DNA of 64,000 nucleotides from the human T2T-CHM13v2.0 reference genome, Homo sapiens (GCF_009914755.1 NC_060932.1), one strand, 5' to 3'; shown: positions 12,468-25,384, counted from the first letter of the stretch. The notes: a model not told the origin generated them from the sequence alone. Numbers and translations: made by a program.

Positions 12468-12677
12468 GAGGTTCTGGTGGGATGGCCAACGGCATCCAGC
12501 AGTGCTGAGAGGTTCTGGGGGGATGGCCAAGGGCGTCCAGCGGTGCCGAGAGGTTCGGGTAGGACGACCAACGGTGTCCAGCAGTGCTGAGAGGTTTGGA
12601 TGGGATGGCCAAGGGCGTCCAGTGGTGCCAACAGGTTCTGGCAGGATGGCCTAGGGTGTCCAGCAGTGCTGAGAGGT
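12468..12677. repeat. Diverged 41-bp tandem repeat x 5
   Basis: GAGGTT...GGATGGCCAA...TCCAGCAGTGCTGA at a 41-bp period (12468, 12509, 12550, 12591, 12632). Confidence 0.88.
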
Positions 12678-14420
12678 GAATCTGTGTTTTAATACTGAGA
12701 AGAGTAACTGGGTTAGAGAAAGGCGGGTGACCTTGACTGAGGAATGGAGGAGGGGCTGAGCCTCAGTTACAGGGGATGGAAAGTCAAAGGGGGATGGAGA
12801 GAAGGCCATGAGCACCAAAAATGCGTCCTTGTCTGGGAGGGGCAGGTGGGGTCAAAGGAGAGATGGGTTACTGTTCGAGCTGGGGAAGGCAAGAGCTTAT
12901 TTCAATCTTGACAGAAAGACTCTTGCAGACACAAACATGTGGGCAATGTGGAAAAGGAGGGTGTGGTTGGTGCAGAGACCCGGTTAAGGGAAGAGGAGCT
13001 CATCCCGAGAGGAAGCTGGGAGGCCCGGCCCTGCACCCAGGGGAGGAGCCATGGAATAGGCTTATTACCTGGATGTCATTACTATTTCAACCTCAGGATT
13101 AGACAAATGTTAACTTTGTAAATCTTAAAATACATACTTTCACACCAGGAAATAATGGTTAAGGCCCTAGTTCCTCCTCCTCTTACAACAGTCTAAGTGG
13201 GAGATCCAGCTCTTGCTAACAGACCCGAAAGCAATGAGCGTACCTGAGATCCAGATGTTCAGCCTCGTAATTAAATAAATAGTGAAAATCTGTTTTGCTG
13301 GAGTTTATTCTCAAGACTCTTGGGTCCCATTGTGTTTTGTTTCTGAGGTGTTGTGAAACTCTTTGTGTATTTTTTTCAAATACAGTTCTGTTCAAAGTTA
13401 GATTTCTTCATCAAACATACCAAGGCTTTGAAGCTCCAAGGCCAGCTGCAGGATACAGAATCCAAAGGTGCCTGGGCTGAAATGGATGTGCAATGTGGGG
13501 TGCAAAGGTGCTCACGGACTCGGCTGTAATGTGTATTTTATTATTGCTCTAAATATTGGGAAGAGGTGTTAGTTTAAAAACGTTTAACATAAAATGGTCT
13601 CTGAAATATTTTTCATGTTTAAGCTTTAGTAAGCTGGACTCTTAGTGGATTAGCTAACCTGTTGTAGAGTCTGTCCTTAGAACAATCCGGAATGTGGGCT
13701 CTACCCTTTCTTTTGGTTGCTTTGCAGTTTTGCTTCAGAGAAGCAGCTGTACTCTTGATGTCCTCAGATGCCAGAATGCTTCCTAGAGACCCAGGTTATT
13801 GAGGTTTTGTGAACTGACCTAAGTTAAAGCAAAGGCACTGAAGGCAGCCAGTGGGGCCGCGGGCGGGACCTTCCCTCTCCTGGAGGAAAGAGACAAAACA
13901 CTTCTCAGACCGCAGCCACCAGACCCCCGAGGTCAGTTCTGAGAAGGGCGCAAGGTCGGTGCCTGACCCAGTGTCAGATCCACACCGACTTCCCGGGAAA
14001 CTGGCCAGTTGTTTTCATTGTATTTAGAAAATAATATTTTTTAGAAAAGGTTGTTTTTCCTGGTGGCTGCGGGTCTTCTGCCTCCACTCTGTTCCCAGAG
14101 CCTGCCTGGCGTCTGCGGGAGAAGCTTCTTAGCAGGTGCTGGTATTGCGTCTTACGAGTTCCACTTTCCAATTTTGTTTTTGTGTCATGATGCCGCCTGT
14201 GCCTCACCCAATACGTACACACTCAGTGTCCTTTATGGAAGAATCCCAGGGTGGCAAGAGAGGAGGGCTCCCGTTTCCTTGAAGTTCAGGATGGAGGAGA
14301 AAGTGTAAAATCAGAGGCTCTGCAGGTCATGGGTTTGATGGCTCCAGGTCTTGTGCTAGAAGCATGTTAGTTACAGTTGGGAAGCCCTGAGGACTGACAT
14401 CGAGATTTCTTGCACTTTAT

Positions 14421-14665
<245 letters not shown>

Positions 14666-16412
14666 TTCTTGCACTTTATAAAGTGACAGGATTAAATTAG
14701 ATGTTCCTCTGAGATCACTTTCAATGGAAAAAAAATAATGACCCCTTTCAAAAAGAGCATTGATGCCGAAGTATGGAAATAGTTTATTTAGTACATTTTT
14801 ATTAAGAATGAGTTTACCAAAAAATAAAAATCATTATGATTCTTAGAAGATCTCTTCAGTGCATTAAGCAGAAATGCTGTTTATGTTAGAAATGAATTCA
14901 CCTGTGGCCACCATAAGTCCATGCTACGCTGGTCTCTCAGATCTGGATCTTTGGTCCTGAACAAGCGAGTCTGTCTGGGGATGTAGGGTTTGCATTCTAG
15001 CGAATCCCCAGGGGTGTTTCCCGGGCCCTTGTGTGGTTCGTGGGAGCTGATTACTGATGGCGTCAACATCTTCCATCCGGCTTATGATTCAAGGAGCATT
15101 TGTGAAAATGTCCACGTTTCTGAAAACACATCTGCCCCTGGGTCTGCAGTATGCTTCAGGGGTCTGCTCAGAGTCAGCCAGGACGGCGCAAGTTAGCGCA
15201 TCCATCGACGCTGGGAGCTGTTCGCCTTCCAGAGCTCATAGTAGGAGGGGCAGCAAAGGTGTGTTCCCCCACCGCCACCACCCGTGGCTCTGCTGTGGAG
15301 GCAGTGGGCGGCCGGCGGGCAGCCTGGGTCACAGCTGCACCCGCTCCAGTTGGTGCCCTGGGACAGTGCCGTCTGCCTGCCTGTCACTCGGCAGGACCTG
15401 GCTCCCAGCGATTTCTCCACAGGTGGAAGCATCCATCTTGAGCCAGCGCACGATGGAGAAACGTTTGGACACCTGAGAATAATTCCAAGCCAGCCTAGGG
15501 AAAAATGACCTTGACATGCTGACATGTTGGCTACATATTACAGGACTAAGGGAGTCCACCCACAGCTGTTTTCCTTTGTTGATTTAAACATTTTCTGGTC
15601 TGTTTTTCTTTTTAGGTCTGCTGTGTGCCAAAATATTTTACCATGCCCTAAAAGTGAGATGTTGGAAGTGGACAAGGAGGAAATATTTATGAATATTTGA
15701 GTCTGTTATTCTTTATGTTAAGCATTTTGGCTTCTGTTGTACTCCTAAATCACTACTGAGAGCAGAGAAAGAGCTCTTTGTAGAAATGAGATGTGTTCCT
15801 GTGTGCTGCCTGTGACGCATCCCGTTGTCACCGGAGTGCCGTGGCCCTAAGGAATGACAGCATTAAGGCATGGACGTTAAAGATGGACAAAAGAATTGTT
15901 CACGGTGTTGTATTTTAAAATGACTATGTGTATGACAATTAAACTATTGTGTCTTCGTTTACTCCATGTGTTCTGCCTGACAGCTGGGTGCTGGTGTTCA
16001 GATACCCAAAGGGTGATCGTGGGTAACTAGCACTGGATGGGTTTAAAAGGTGGGACAGTAAATCTGCAAATGATAGCAGTTCTAATGCTTTTGTAGCAAG
16101 TGCAGCAGCTTAAGCTGATCCAAGGATGCAGAGATTCTTCCTCTCCCTCCCCCCATCCCTCTCTGTCTCAGGCACTGACCTTCCTCTGCACAGACAGATG
16201 CATGCTGTGACTGATCATGGCCATCAGCTCAGGCCTGAGCATCTAAGCAATGGTCAGAGCTGCTGGAACAGAAATGACAAACAGGCCCCTCGCCTCGTGA
16301 TCTTAAAATCCTCTTATACAACTTGCTTCTCTTAGAAAACACAAGAGCTTCTTATCTCTGTCTCAAGAAGGGAGAAAAATGGGATGAATGAAGAATAAAG
16401 GCTTAGCTGGGG

Positions 16413-16692
16413 GTTGGGGGTGGTGGTGGCTCACACCTGTAATCCCAGCACTTTGAGGGGCTGAGGCGGGCAGATTGCCTCAGCTGAGGAGTTCAAGACC
16501 AGCCTGGGCAACATGGCAAAACCCTATCTCTGCAAAAATATACAGAAACTAGCTGGGCATGGTGGTGCATGCCTGTAGTCCCAGCTACTAGGGGGGCCAA
16601 GGCAGGAGGATAGCTTGAGCCTAGGATGCGGAGGTTGCAGTGAGCTGAGGTTACACTCTGCACTCCAGCCTGGGTGACAGAGGGAGACCGTG
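16413..16692 (+). mobile_element. AluJ (dimeric), lacking a poly(A) tail
   Basis: GGTGGCTCACACCTGTAATCCCAGCACTTTG...GCACTCCAGCCTGGGTGACAGAGGGAGACC; J-type positions (GGGCAACATGGC, GGAGGATAGCTTGAGCC). Confidence 0.93.
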
Positions 16693-16716
16693 TTACCCCA
16701 AGTTAGGGAATGAGAA

Positions 16717-19700
16717 CCGCGAGTGGATTCACACGCTCATCCCGACCCCGCGTGTCACCGCGAGTGGGTTCACACACTCATCCCGACCCCGCGTGTCACC
16801 GCGAGTGGGTTCACACGCTCATCCCGACCCCGCGTGTCACCGCGAGTGGATTCACACGCTCATCCCGGCCCCGCGTGTCACCGCGAGTGGACTCACACCC
16901 TCATCCCGACCCCGCGTGTCACCGCGAGTGGGTTCACAGCCTCATCCCGACCCCGCGTGTCACCGCGAGTGGATTCACACGCTCATCCCGACCCCACGTG
17001 TCACCGCGAGTGGGTTCACACGCTCATCCCGACCCCGCGTGTCACCGCGAGTGGGTTCACACGCTCATCCCGACCCCGCGTGTCACCGTGAGTGGACTCA
17101 CACCCTCATCCCGACCCCGCGTGTCACCGCGAGTGGATTCACACACTCATCCCGACCCCGCGTGTCACCATGAGTGGACTCACACCCTCATCCCGACCCC
17201 GCGTGTCACCGCGAGTGGATTCACACACTCATCCCGACCCCGCGTGTCACCGCGAGTGGGTTCACAGCCTCATCCCGACCCCGCGTGTCACCGCGAGTGG
17301 ATTCACACGCTCATCCCGGCCCCGCGTGTCACCGCGAGTGGGTTCACAGCCTCATCCCGACCCCGCGTGTCACCGCGAGTGGACTCACACCCTCATCCCA
17401 ACCCCACGTGTCACCGCGAGTGGACTCACACGCTCATCTCGACCCCGCGTGTCACCGTGAGTGGACTCACATCCTCATCCCGACCCCGCGTGTCACCGCG
17501 AGTGGATTCACACACTCATCCCGACCCCGCGTGTCACCGCGAGTGGGTTCACAGCCTCATCCCGACCCCGCGTGTCACCGCGAGTGGATTCACACGCTCA
17601 TCCCGGCCCCGCGTGTCACCGCGAGTGGGTTCACAGCCTCATCCCGACCCCGCGTGTCACCGCGAGGGGACTCACACCCTCATCCCGACCCCACGTGTCA
17701 CCGCGAGTGGACTCACACGCTCATCCCGACCCCGCGTGTCACAGCAAGCGGGTTCACAGCCTCATCCCGACCCTGCGTGTCACCGCGAGTGGATTCACAC
17801 GCTCATCCCGACCCCGCGTGTCACCACGAGTGGGTTCACAGCCTCATCCCGACCCCGCGTGTCACCGCGAGTGGACTCACACGCTCATCCCGACCCCGCG
17901 TGTCACCGCGAGTGGATTCACAGCCTCATCCCGACCCCGCGTGTCACCGCGAGTGGGTTCACAGCCTCATCCCGACCCCGCGTGTCACCGCGAGTGGATT
18001 CACAGCCTCATCCCGACCCCGCGTGTCACCGCGAGTGGATTCACACGCTCATCCCGACCCCGCGTGTCACCGCGAGTGGGTTCACAGCCTCATCCCGACC
18101 CCGTGTGTCACCGCGAGTGGGTTCACACGCTCATCCCGACCCCGCGTGTCACCGCGAGTGGGTTCACAGCCTCATCCCGACCCCGCGTGTCACCGCGAGT
18201 GGGTTCACAGCCTCATCCCGACCCCGCGTGTCACCGCGAGTGGGTTCACAGCCTCATCCCGACCCCGCGTGTCACCGCGAGTGGGTTCACACGCTCATCC
18301 CGACCCCACGTGTCACCGCGAGTGGGTTCACACGCTCATCCCGACCCCGCGTGTCACCGCGAGTGGGTTCACAGCCTCATCCCGACCCCGCGTGTCACCG
18401 CGAGTGGATTCACACGCTCATCCCGGCCCCGCGTGTCACCGCGAGTGGGTTCACAGCCTCATCCCGACCCCGCGTGTCACCGCGAGTGGACTCACACCCT
18501 CATCCCGACCCCACGTGTCACCGCGAGTGGACTCACATGCTCATCCCGACCCCGCGTGTCACCGTGAGTGGACTCACACCCTCATCCCGACCCCGCGTGT
18601 CACCGCGAGTGGATTCACACACTCATCCCGACCCCGCGTGTCACCGGGAGTGGGTTCACAGCCTCATCCCGACCCCGCGTGTCACCGCGAGTGGATTCAC
18701 ACGCTCATCCCGGCCCCGCGTGTCACCGCGAGTGGGTTCACAGCCTCATCCCGACCCCGCGTGTCACCGCGAGGGGACTCACACCCTCATCCCGACCCCA
18801 CGTGTCACCGCGAGTGGACTCACACGCTCATCCCGACCCCGCGTGTCACAGCAAGCGGGTTCACAGCCTCATCCCGACCCTGTGTGTCACCGCGAGTGGA
18901 TTCACACGCTCATCCCGACCCCGCGTGTCACCGCGAGTGGGCTCACACCCTCATCCCGACCCCGCATGTCACCGCGAGTGGGCTCACACCCTCATCCCGA
19001 CCCCGCGTGTCACCACGAGTGGGTTCACACCCTCATCCCGACCCCGCGTGTCACCGCGAGTGGGTTCACAGCCTCATCCCGACCCCGCGTGTCACCGCGA
19101 GTGGATTCACACGCTCATCCCGACCCCGCGTGTCACCACGAGTGGGTTCACAGCCTCATCCCGACCCCGCGTGTCACCGCGAGTGGACTCACACACTCAT
19201 CCCGACCCCGCGTGTCACCGCGAGTGGATTCACAGCCTCATCCCGACCCCGCGTGTCACCGCGAGTGGATTCACACGCTCATCCCGACCCCGCGTGTCAC
19301 CGCGAGTGGGTTCACAGCCTCATCCCGACCCCGCGTGTCACCGCGAGTGGATTCACACGCTCATCCCGACCCCGCGTGTCACCGCGAGTGGGTTCACAGC
19401 CTCATCCCGACCCCGCGTGTCACCGCGAGTGGGTTCACAGCCTCATCCCGACCCCGCGTGTCACCGCGAGTGGGTTCACAGCCTCATCCCGACCCCGCGT
19501 GTCACCGCGAGTGGGTTCACAGCCTCATCCCGACCCCGCGTGTCACCGCGAGTGGGTTCACAGCCTCATCCCGACCCCGCGTGTCACCGCGAGTGGGTTC
19601 ACACGCTCATCCCGACCCCGCGTGTCACCGCGAGTGGGTTCACACGCTCATCCCGACCCCGCGTGTCACCGCGAGTGGGTTCACAGCCTCATCCCGACCC

Positions 19701-19872
19701 CGCGTGTCACCGCGAGTGGATTCACACGCTCATCCCGACCCCGCGTGTCACCGCGAGTGGATTCACACGCTCATCCCGACCCCGCGTGTCACCGCGAGTG
19801 GGTTCACAGCCTCATCCCGACCCCGCGTGTCACCGCGAGTGGATTCACACGCTCATCCCGACCCCACGTGTT
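16717..19872. repeat. 41-bp CpG-rich VNTR (~77 copies)
   Basis: Unit ACCGCGAGTGGRYTCACA(GC/CG/CC/CA)CTCATCCCGACCCCGCGTGTC; explains the 1057-aa and 912-aa ORFs. Confidence 0.99.
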
Positions 19873-21397
19873 CACGTGTTTAATGAACACTGTGCTAGAA
19901 GGTCGGCAGTAAACATGCCACAGCACCCCATCTGCTGCAGTGGATGCTGGCTTGGGGAGGACACAAGACCCCCCCACGTGTGGTGTGAGGTGGGGCTGGC
20001 GAGAGCTCAGCTCCTCAGGGCTGGAAAGGCTTTTGTCCAGGGGACCCTACACGGGGTGTGGGTGGCAGCTGTCAGTCTGGCGGCCGTGGGGATGGTCGGG
20101 GGAGCTTCTCTGCTTTGTGGATGGAAGGCGCTGTCCCTCAGGTGCTGGTGAGAGTGTTGGGGCCTTTGGGGATCCTGGAATGGGCCTCATGGGGCCTGGG
20201 GGTTATAAGGGGAGGCCTGGCAGGCTATAGAGACCAGTGCTTGGTCAGGGCAGGGCCTTGAACCGTGCACCCTAGAGAGCAGCTGTCGTGTACATGGCAG
20301 GGAGGGTGCTGGCTCCGGCTCAGAACAGCTCCCAGCTGTAGCGGAGCGTGGAGTGAACAGGAGGTGCCGCAGGCTGGGAATTGCCGTCACTAAGAAAAGT
20401 GTCAATAGGCAGTCATGGTTCAGAATCCTGGGTGCCCTCAAAATAATAAAAGGTGATGCCCTGCTCTTGATTTTACCCCTTGAAACATAAGCTGCTTTTT
20501 TTAGGATACCAGAAGGTGGGACCCCCTCCCGGCACAGTTCCTAAAGTCCGTGCTCCTGGTTTCCTTCTCCTGATGAATAAGGGGCCGTGGAGCCTCCTGA
20601 GCCAGTGACTGGGGAATGCACTGGACGCTTGCTGTTCTGCTGGCCAGATGGAGGAGCTCCCTCATGGCGGACAGGCATGCTGTGTCCCTGGAGAGTGGGC
20701 AGTGTGGCTCCTGCCCATGGTCACGTAGAGAGAGAGGAATCCGAGGTGGATTCAGTCCTTCCTGCCGCCTGCACCCAGGGAGCTCAACAGCCTTGAGCGT
20801 CCCCTGCCGTCCTGTCCTCCCGGCCCGAGCGCCCCGAGCTTTCCACCTTCCCTCGGGCCTTTCTCTCTCTGTTATCACCTGGCGTGACCCTGACTTCAGG
20901 CTCTGGCTCAACCTGAAGGACACCTTTTATCTCAAGCTCTTCCCGCCCCTTCAGTAGAATCTGCTGTTCTGCCTCGGGCCCAGGGCTTCCCTCGGTGTTA
21001 TCATTGACTCAGACTGTGAAGGGGCCTCTCTCCACAGCTCCTGCACCCCCAGGGCCTGGCGGTGGCCTGGCTGCTGTGCACTGAAGAGGCAGTGCTGCCT
21101 TCACCTGTCCGAGGGACGGAGCACGTGGACGTGTCAGCTGCATCATCTGCTGTCCCTCCCGGCATCACCTGCACTTTATCCTCTAAGGGGTTAATTTTAC
21201 GCTTTTGTTCTCTACAAAATGTAGTTTTTAAAATGCTGACACAGTGTTTAGTGAGCAGTGGCTCTGCCCTTGCTGGGTTCTTGTCCTTATCGGGAAGAAG
21301 TTTAACCAAAGAGGAACATGCAAAACCCAGCCCCCTTTTAGCCGCTTTGGGCCGTTAAAATATCCAAGCAGGCTGGTTCCCTCTGCCTTGTCTCAGC

Positions 21398-21557
21398 CAG
21401 GGGCTCTCCAGCGTTAATATGTGTCAGAATCACCCTGGGAAAGCTTATCAAAGCTCAGACAGCCGGTCTCTCCACAATTCTGATCCAGCAGGCCTGGTGT
21501 GAGCCCGAGAATTTGTGCTTCTGAGGCCCTGGCTTGACCACACTTTGAGAACCTCTG
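21398..21557 (+). mobile_element. MER5A-like hAT-Charlie MITE (internally deleted)
   Basis: ...TCAGAATCACCCTGGG...TTCTGATCCAGCAGGCCTGG...CCCGAGAATTTG...ACCACACTTTGAGAACCTCTG matches MER5A, including its 3' terminus. Confidence 0.8.
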
Positions 21558-22758
21558 CGCTAAGCTGAGGTTTTGTAGACACGGAGGAGGTTGGTGTCCA
21601 TAGTGTGTAACTAGAGGCTGGGAGAGCTGGTGTGGAGCCTGCGTGGGCAGTTGGACCCCTTTGTCGTTGGTGTCCTCGGATGCTGTAGGTAGGCTGTGTG
21701 TGTTAAGTGTGTGTGTTCATATACAAGTGTTCGTCCCTCTGGAGTCGCTACCTGTGTGTTTCTCAGGAAGACAAAGTGTCTTCTGTGCTAACGCAGTCAG
21801 TGTCTGTGGTTGAGAGTCCCTCATCTGAGCTTGCATCTCTCCTCTGGTTGGAAGAGTTACAGCTTTTTGGATGATTCTTCCAGAACCTTTTTTCCTTCCA
21901 AGTGTCCTTGGGCTCAATTATGGGCAATTTGGTCCAGGAATGACTGTGGGAGCCTCTGTGTGATTGACCTTGGCAGGGAACCTCCAACCCCACCAGCAAA
22001 TGTCCTCTGAAGTCCAGGAAACAAGAAAAACACCTGCAGCTGTGGGTAAAATGATGGTGTTGGTATCCCCTGGAGCCTCTGTTCAGTACTGAATTGGACA
22101 TCAAGTGGCAGGAAGGAATAATTCTTGAGCAACATTTTATGGGCTAGAAATAAATATTAAACGTTAGGAGTAATTCTCAAGAAGTAGCCCCATTATGCGT
22201 TAGATAATTTGGATAAATTGAAAGCCCTCTTTTGGTTAGCACTTTAATTTCACAATGTGCCTCCCTGTGGTTTCTATTTCTGTAAAAGCATGTAGAATTT
22301 GAACCTTGAAAGGAATAATAGGACTCAAACAAAATATGACAGTAGGTGAGGGTCAAAATTAATATGTGGTTGGGAGTTATGTATGTATGTATAACTACGA
22401 CCCCACATTTGCTCATGGAAACATCCATGTTTTTTTCAGTCGGAAAATCAAGTTGTGTGAGGAACCTCATTGAGACTCAGTGTCATATTACATCAACTAT
22501 TTGTCAGTTTCTCGGGTAACCCATCCATTTGAATTGGATGCTTTCGTGTCTCTCCAAGTTGTATTTAATTCTTATGCACTGAAATCATATAGCCTGTTAG
22601 AAAGATTTTAGGATGCAGTTGATTTCTGTAATTTTTCGGAAACTTAGTTTTCAGCCCCACTTTCCTCCTTTATAAAATGGAAACAATCACCTCATTGGAG
22701 CAAACTCACCTGGTTGGTTGCGTTGAGGGAGACTCATAGGAAGTGACCCATGTGGAAA

Positions 22759-24247
22759 TGCGTGGTCAGCTCGGTGTGCGTGGTCAGCTCGGTTTCCGTG
22801 GTCAGCTCGGTGTGCGTGGTCAGCTCGGTTTCCGTGGTCAGCTCGGTGTGCGTGGTCGTCTCAGTTTCCATGGTCGGCTCGGTTTCCATGGTCGGCTCGG
22901 TTTCCATGGTCAGCTCGGTGTGCGTGGTCAGCTTGGTGTGCGTGGTCAGCTCGGTGTGCGTGGTCAGCTCGGTGTGCATGGTCAGCTCGGTTTCCGTGCT
23001 AAGCTTGGTTTCTGTGGTCAGCTCGGTTTCTGTAGTCGGCTCGGTGTGTGTGGTTGGCTCGGTATGCATGTTCAGCTCGGTTTCCGTGGTCGGCTCGGTG
23101 TGCATGGTCGGCTCGGTGTGCATGTTCAGCTCGGTGTGCGTGGTCAGCTCGGTGTGCGTGGTCAGCTCGGTGTGCGTGGTCAGCTCGGTGTGCGTGGTCA
23201 GCTCGGTTTCCGTGGTCAGCTCGGTTTCCGTGGTCAGCTTGGTTTCTGTGGTCGGCTCGGTTTCTGTAGTCGGCTCGGTGTGTGTGGTTGGCTCGGTATG
23301 CATGTTCAGCTCGGTTTCCGTGGTCGGCTCGGTGTGCATGGTCGGCTCGGTGTGCATGTTCAGCTCGGTGTGCGTGGTCGGCTCATTGTGCATGGTCGGC
23401 TCGGTATGCATGGTCAGCTCGGTGTGCGTGGTCAGCTCGGTGTGCATGGTCGGCTCAGTTTCCGTGGTCAGCTCGGTGTGCGTGGTCGGCTCGGTGTGCA
23501 TGGTCTGCTCAGTTTCCGTGGTCAGCTCGGTTTCCGTGGTCAGCTCGGTGTGCATAGTCGGCTCGGTGTGCGTGGTCAGCTCGGTTTCCGTGGTCAGCTC
23601 GGTTTCCGTGGTCGGCTCGGTGTGCGTGGTCGGCTCGGTGTGCGTGGTCAGCTCGCTGCACGTGTTCGGCTCGGTGTGTGTTGTCAGCTCGGTTTCCATG
23701 GTCAGCTCAGTGTGCGTGGTCAGCTCGGTGTGCATGGTCGGCTCGGTTTCTGTGGTCAGCTCGGTTTCCATGGTCAGCTCGGTGTGCGTGGTCAGCTCGG
23801 GTTCCGTGGTCAGCTCGGTGTGCATGGTCGGCTCGGTGTGCGTGGTCAGCTCGGTGTGCGTGGTCGGCTCAGTGTGCGTGGTCAGCTTGGTTTCCGTGGT
23901 CAGCTCGGTGTGCGTGGTCGGCTCGGTGTGCGTGGTCGGCTCAATGTGCGTGGTCGGCTCAGTTTCCGTGGTCGTCTCGGTGTGCATGGTCGGCTCGGTT
24001 TCCGTGGTCGTCTCGGTGTGCGTGGTTGGCTCGGTTTCCGTGGTCGGCTCGGTGTGCGTGGTCGGCTCGGTGCGTGTGGTCGGCTTGGTTTCCGTGGTCG
24101 GCTCAGTGTGCGTGGTCAGCTCGGTGTGCGTGGTCGGCTCGATTTCCGTGGTTGGCTCGGTGTGCGTGGTCGGCTTGGTGTGTGTGGTCGGCTCGGTTTC
24201 CGTGGTCGGCTCGGTGTGCATGGTCAGCTAGATTTCTGTGGTCAGCT
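22759..24247. repeat. 18-bp VNTR (~82 copies)
   Basis: Units RTGGTCRGCTCGGTGTGC / RTGGTCRGCTCGGTTTCC. Confidence 0.98.
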
Positions 24248-25026
24248 CCGTTCAGAAGAGGTGCATATGAGGGGACATGATGCTTTGGGCTGTGAAAATG
24301 CAGATCCAGCAGGAGCGCAGAGTCGTGGCCCCTTCCTGGTGGGAGGATATTTTTCATCACTGACTCCGAGGTGAGCTCTTATTCTTCCTCAGCACGCACC
24401 CTCATTCCTGGAGCTGCCCTCTTTTGATCTAGGCTGTAAACCAGGATTGGTGACTTACTTTTAGTCTGTAAAGGTGCAGGGTGTTTCCAGAAACAACATA
24501 CATAGGACATACCAAAACCTCTACTTTCAGCTACTTTGTGTGAGTGAGGATGGCATCTTGATTTTAATTGAGTTACCAGAAATGGTGCAGACTGCTCTCC
24601 TCTTTCCTAAGGGGAGGTATCTGTCCTCGGCAATGGATATGGTTAATTTTAAATAACAGTTAAATATAATCTGTAATAGCAGGATTATGTAAATTTTGGG
24701 AAATAAGTCCCCACCCATGTTGTATCTGCCACAGACCCCAAACCCACTTTGTGATGGCGATCTTATGTTAACAGTCATAAATGGTAACCAGCGAGTTAGC
24801 TTGGAGGTGCGTGGAGATCGCCCCTCGCAGCTACTCTCAGCCTTTTTCTTTGGAGTTGGCAGCTAAAACCTACATGGCCGAGGCATCCGTGTCGACATCC
24901 GCCCTGGCCAGAGGCACTCGGGAGGAGACAGAGCCTGTTTCAAAGCCCAGGTTTTGGGGTGAGGGAGGATGTGGCATTTTCTCCTTTCCTGTATTTCTGT
25001 GCCTGTTTCTCCTGTTTCTGAGAAAA

Positions 25027-25384
25027 GTGTTCTCTGAGCCCCTTGCCGTGGGTGAGTGTTCTCCGAACCCCTTGCCGTGGGTGAGTGTTCTCCGAACCCC
25101 TTGCCGTGGGTGAGTGTTCTCCGAGCCCCTTGCCGTGGGTGAGTGTTCTCCGAGCCCCTTGCCGTGGGTGAGTGTTCTCCGAGCCCCTTGCCGTGGGTGA
25201 GTGTTCTCCGAGCCCCTTGCCGTGGGTGAGTGTTCTCCGAGCCCCTTGCCGTGGGTGAGTGTTCTCCGAGCCCCTTGCCGTGGGTCAGCGGGAAATGTGT
25301 ACTCCGAGCCCCTTGTCGTGGGTGAGTGTTCTCCGAGCTCCTTGCCGTGGGTCAGCGTTCTCCGAGCCCTTTGCCGTGGGTCAG
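25027..25384. repeat. 29-bp VNTR (~12 copies)
   Basis: Unit GTGTTCTCCGAGCCCCTTGCCGTGGGTGA, interrupted near 25286-25296. Confidence 0.97.

Noticed and set aside
12468-12677. Relationship to the other 41-bp array at 16717
   Set aside because: Same period but no sequence similarity in either orientation by eye.
16710-20151. 1057-, 912- and 527-aa ORFs
   Set aside because: They are translations of the 41-bp VNTR. The same peptide cycles through all three frames because the consensus lacks stops on the + strand.
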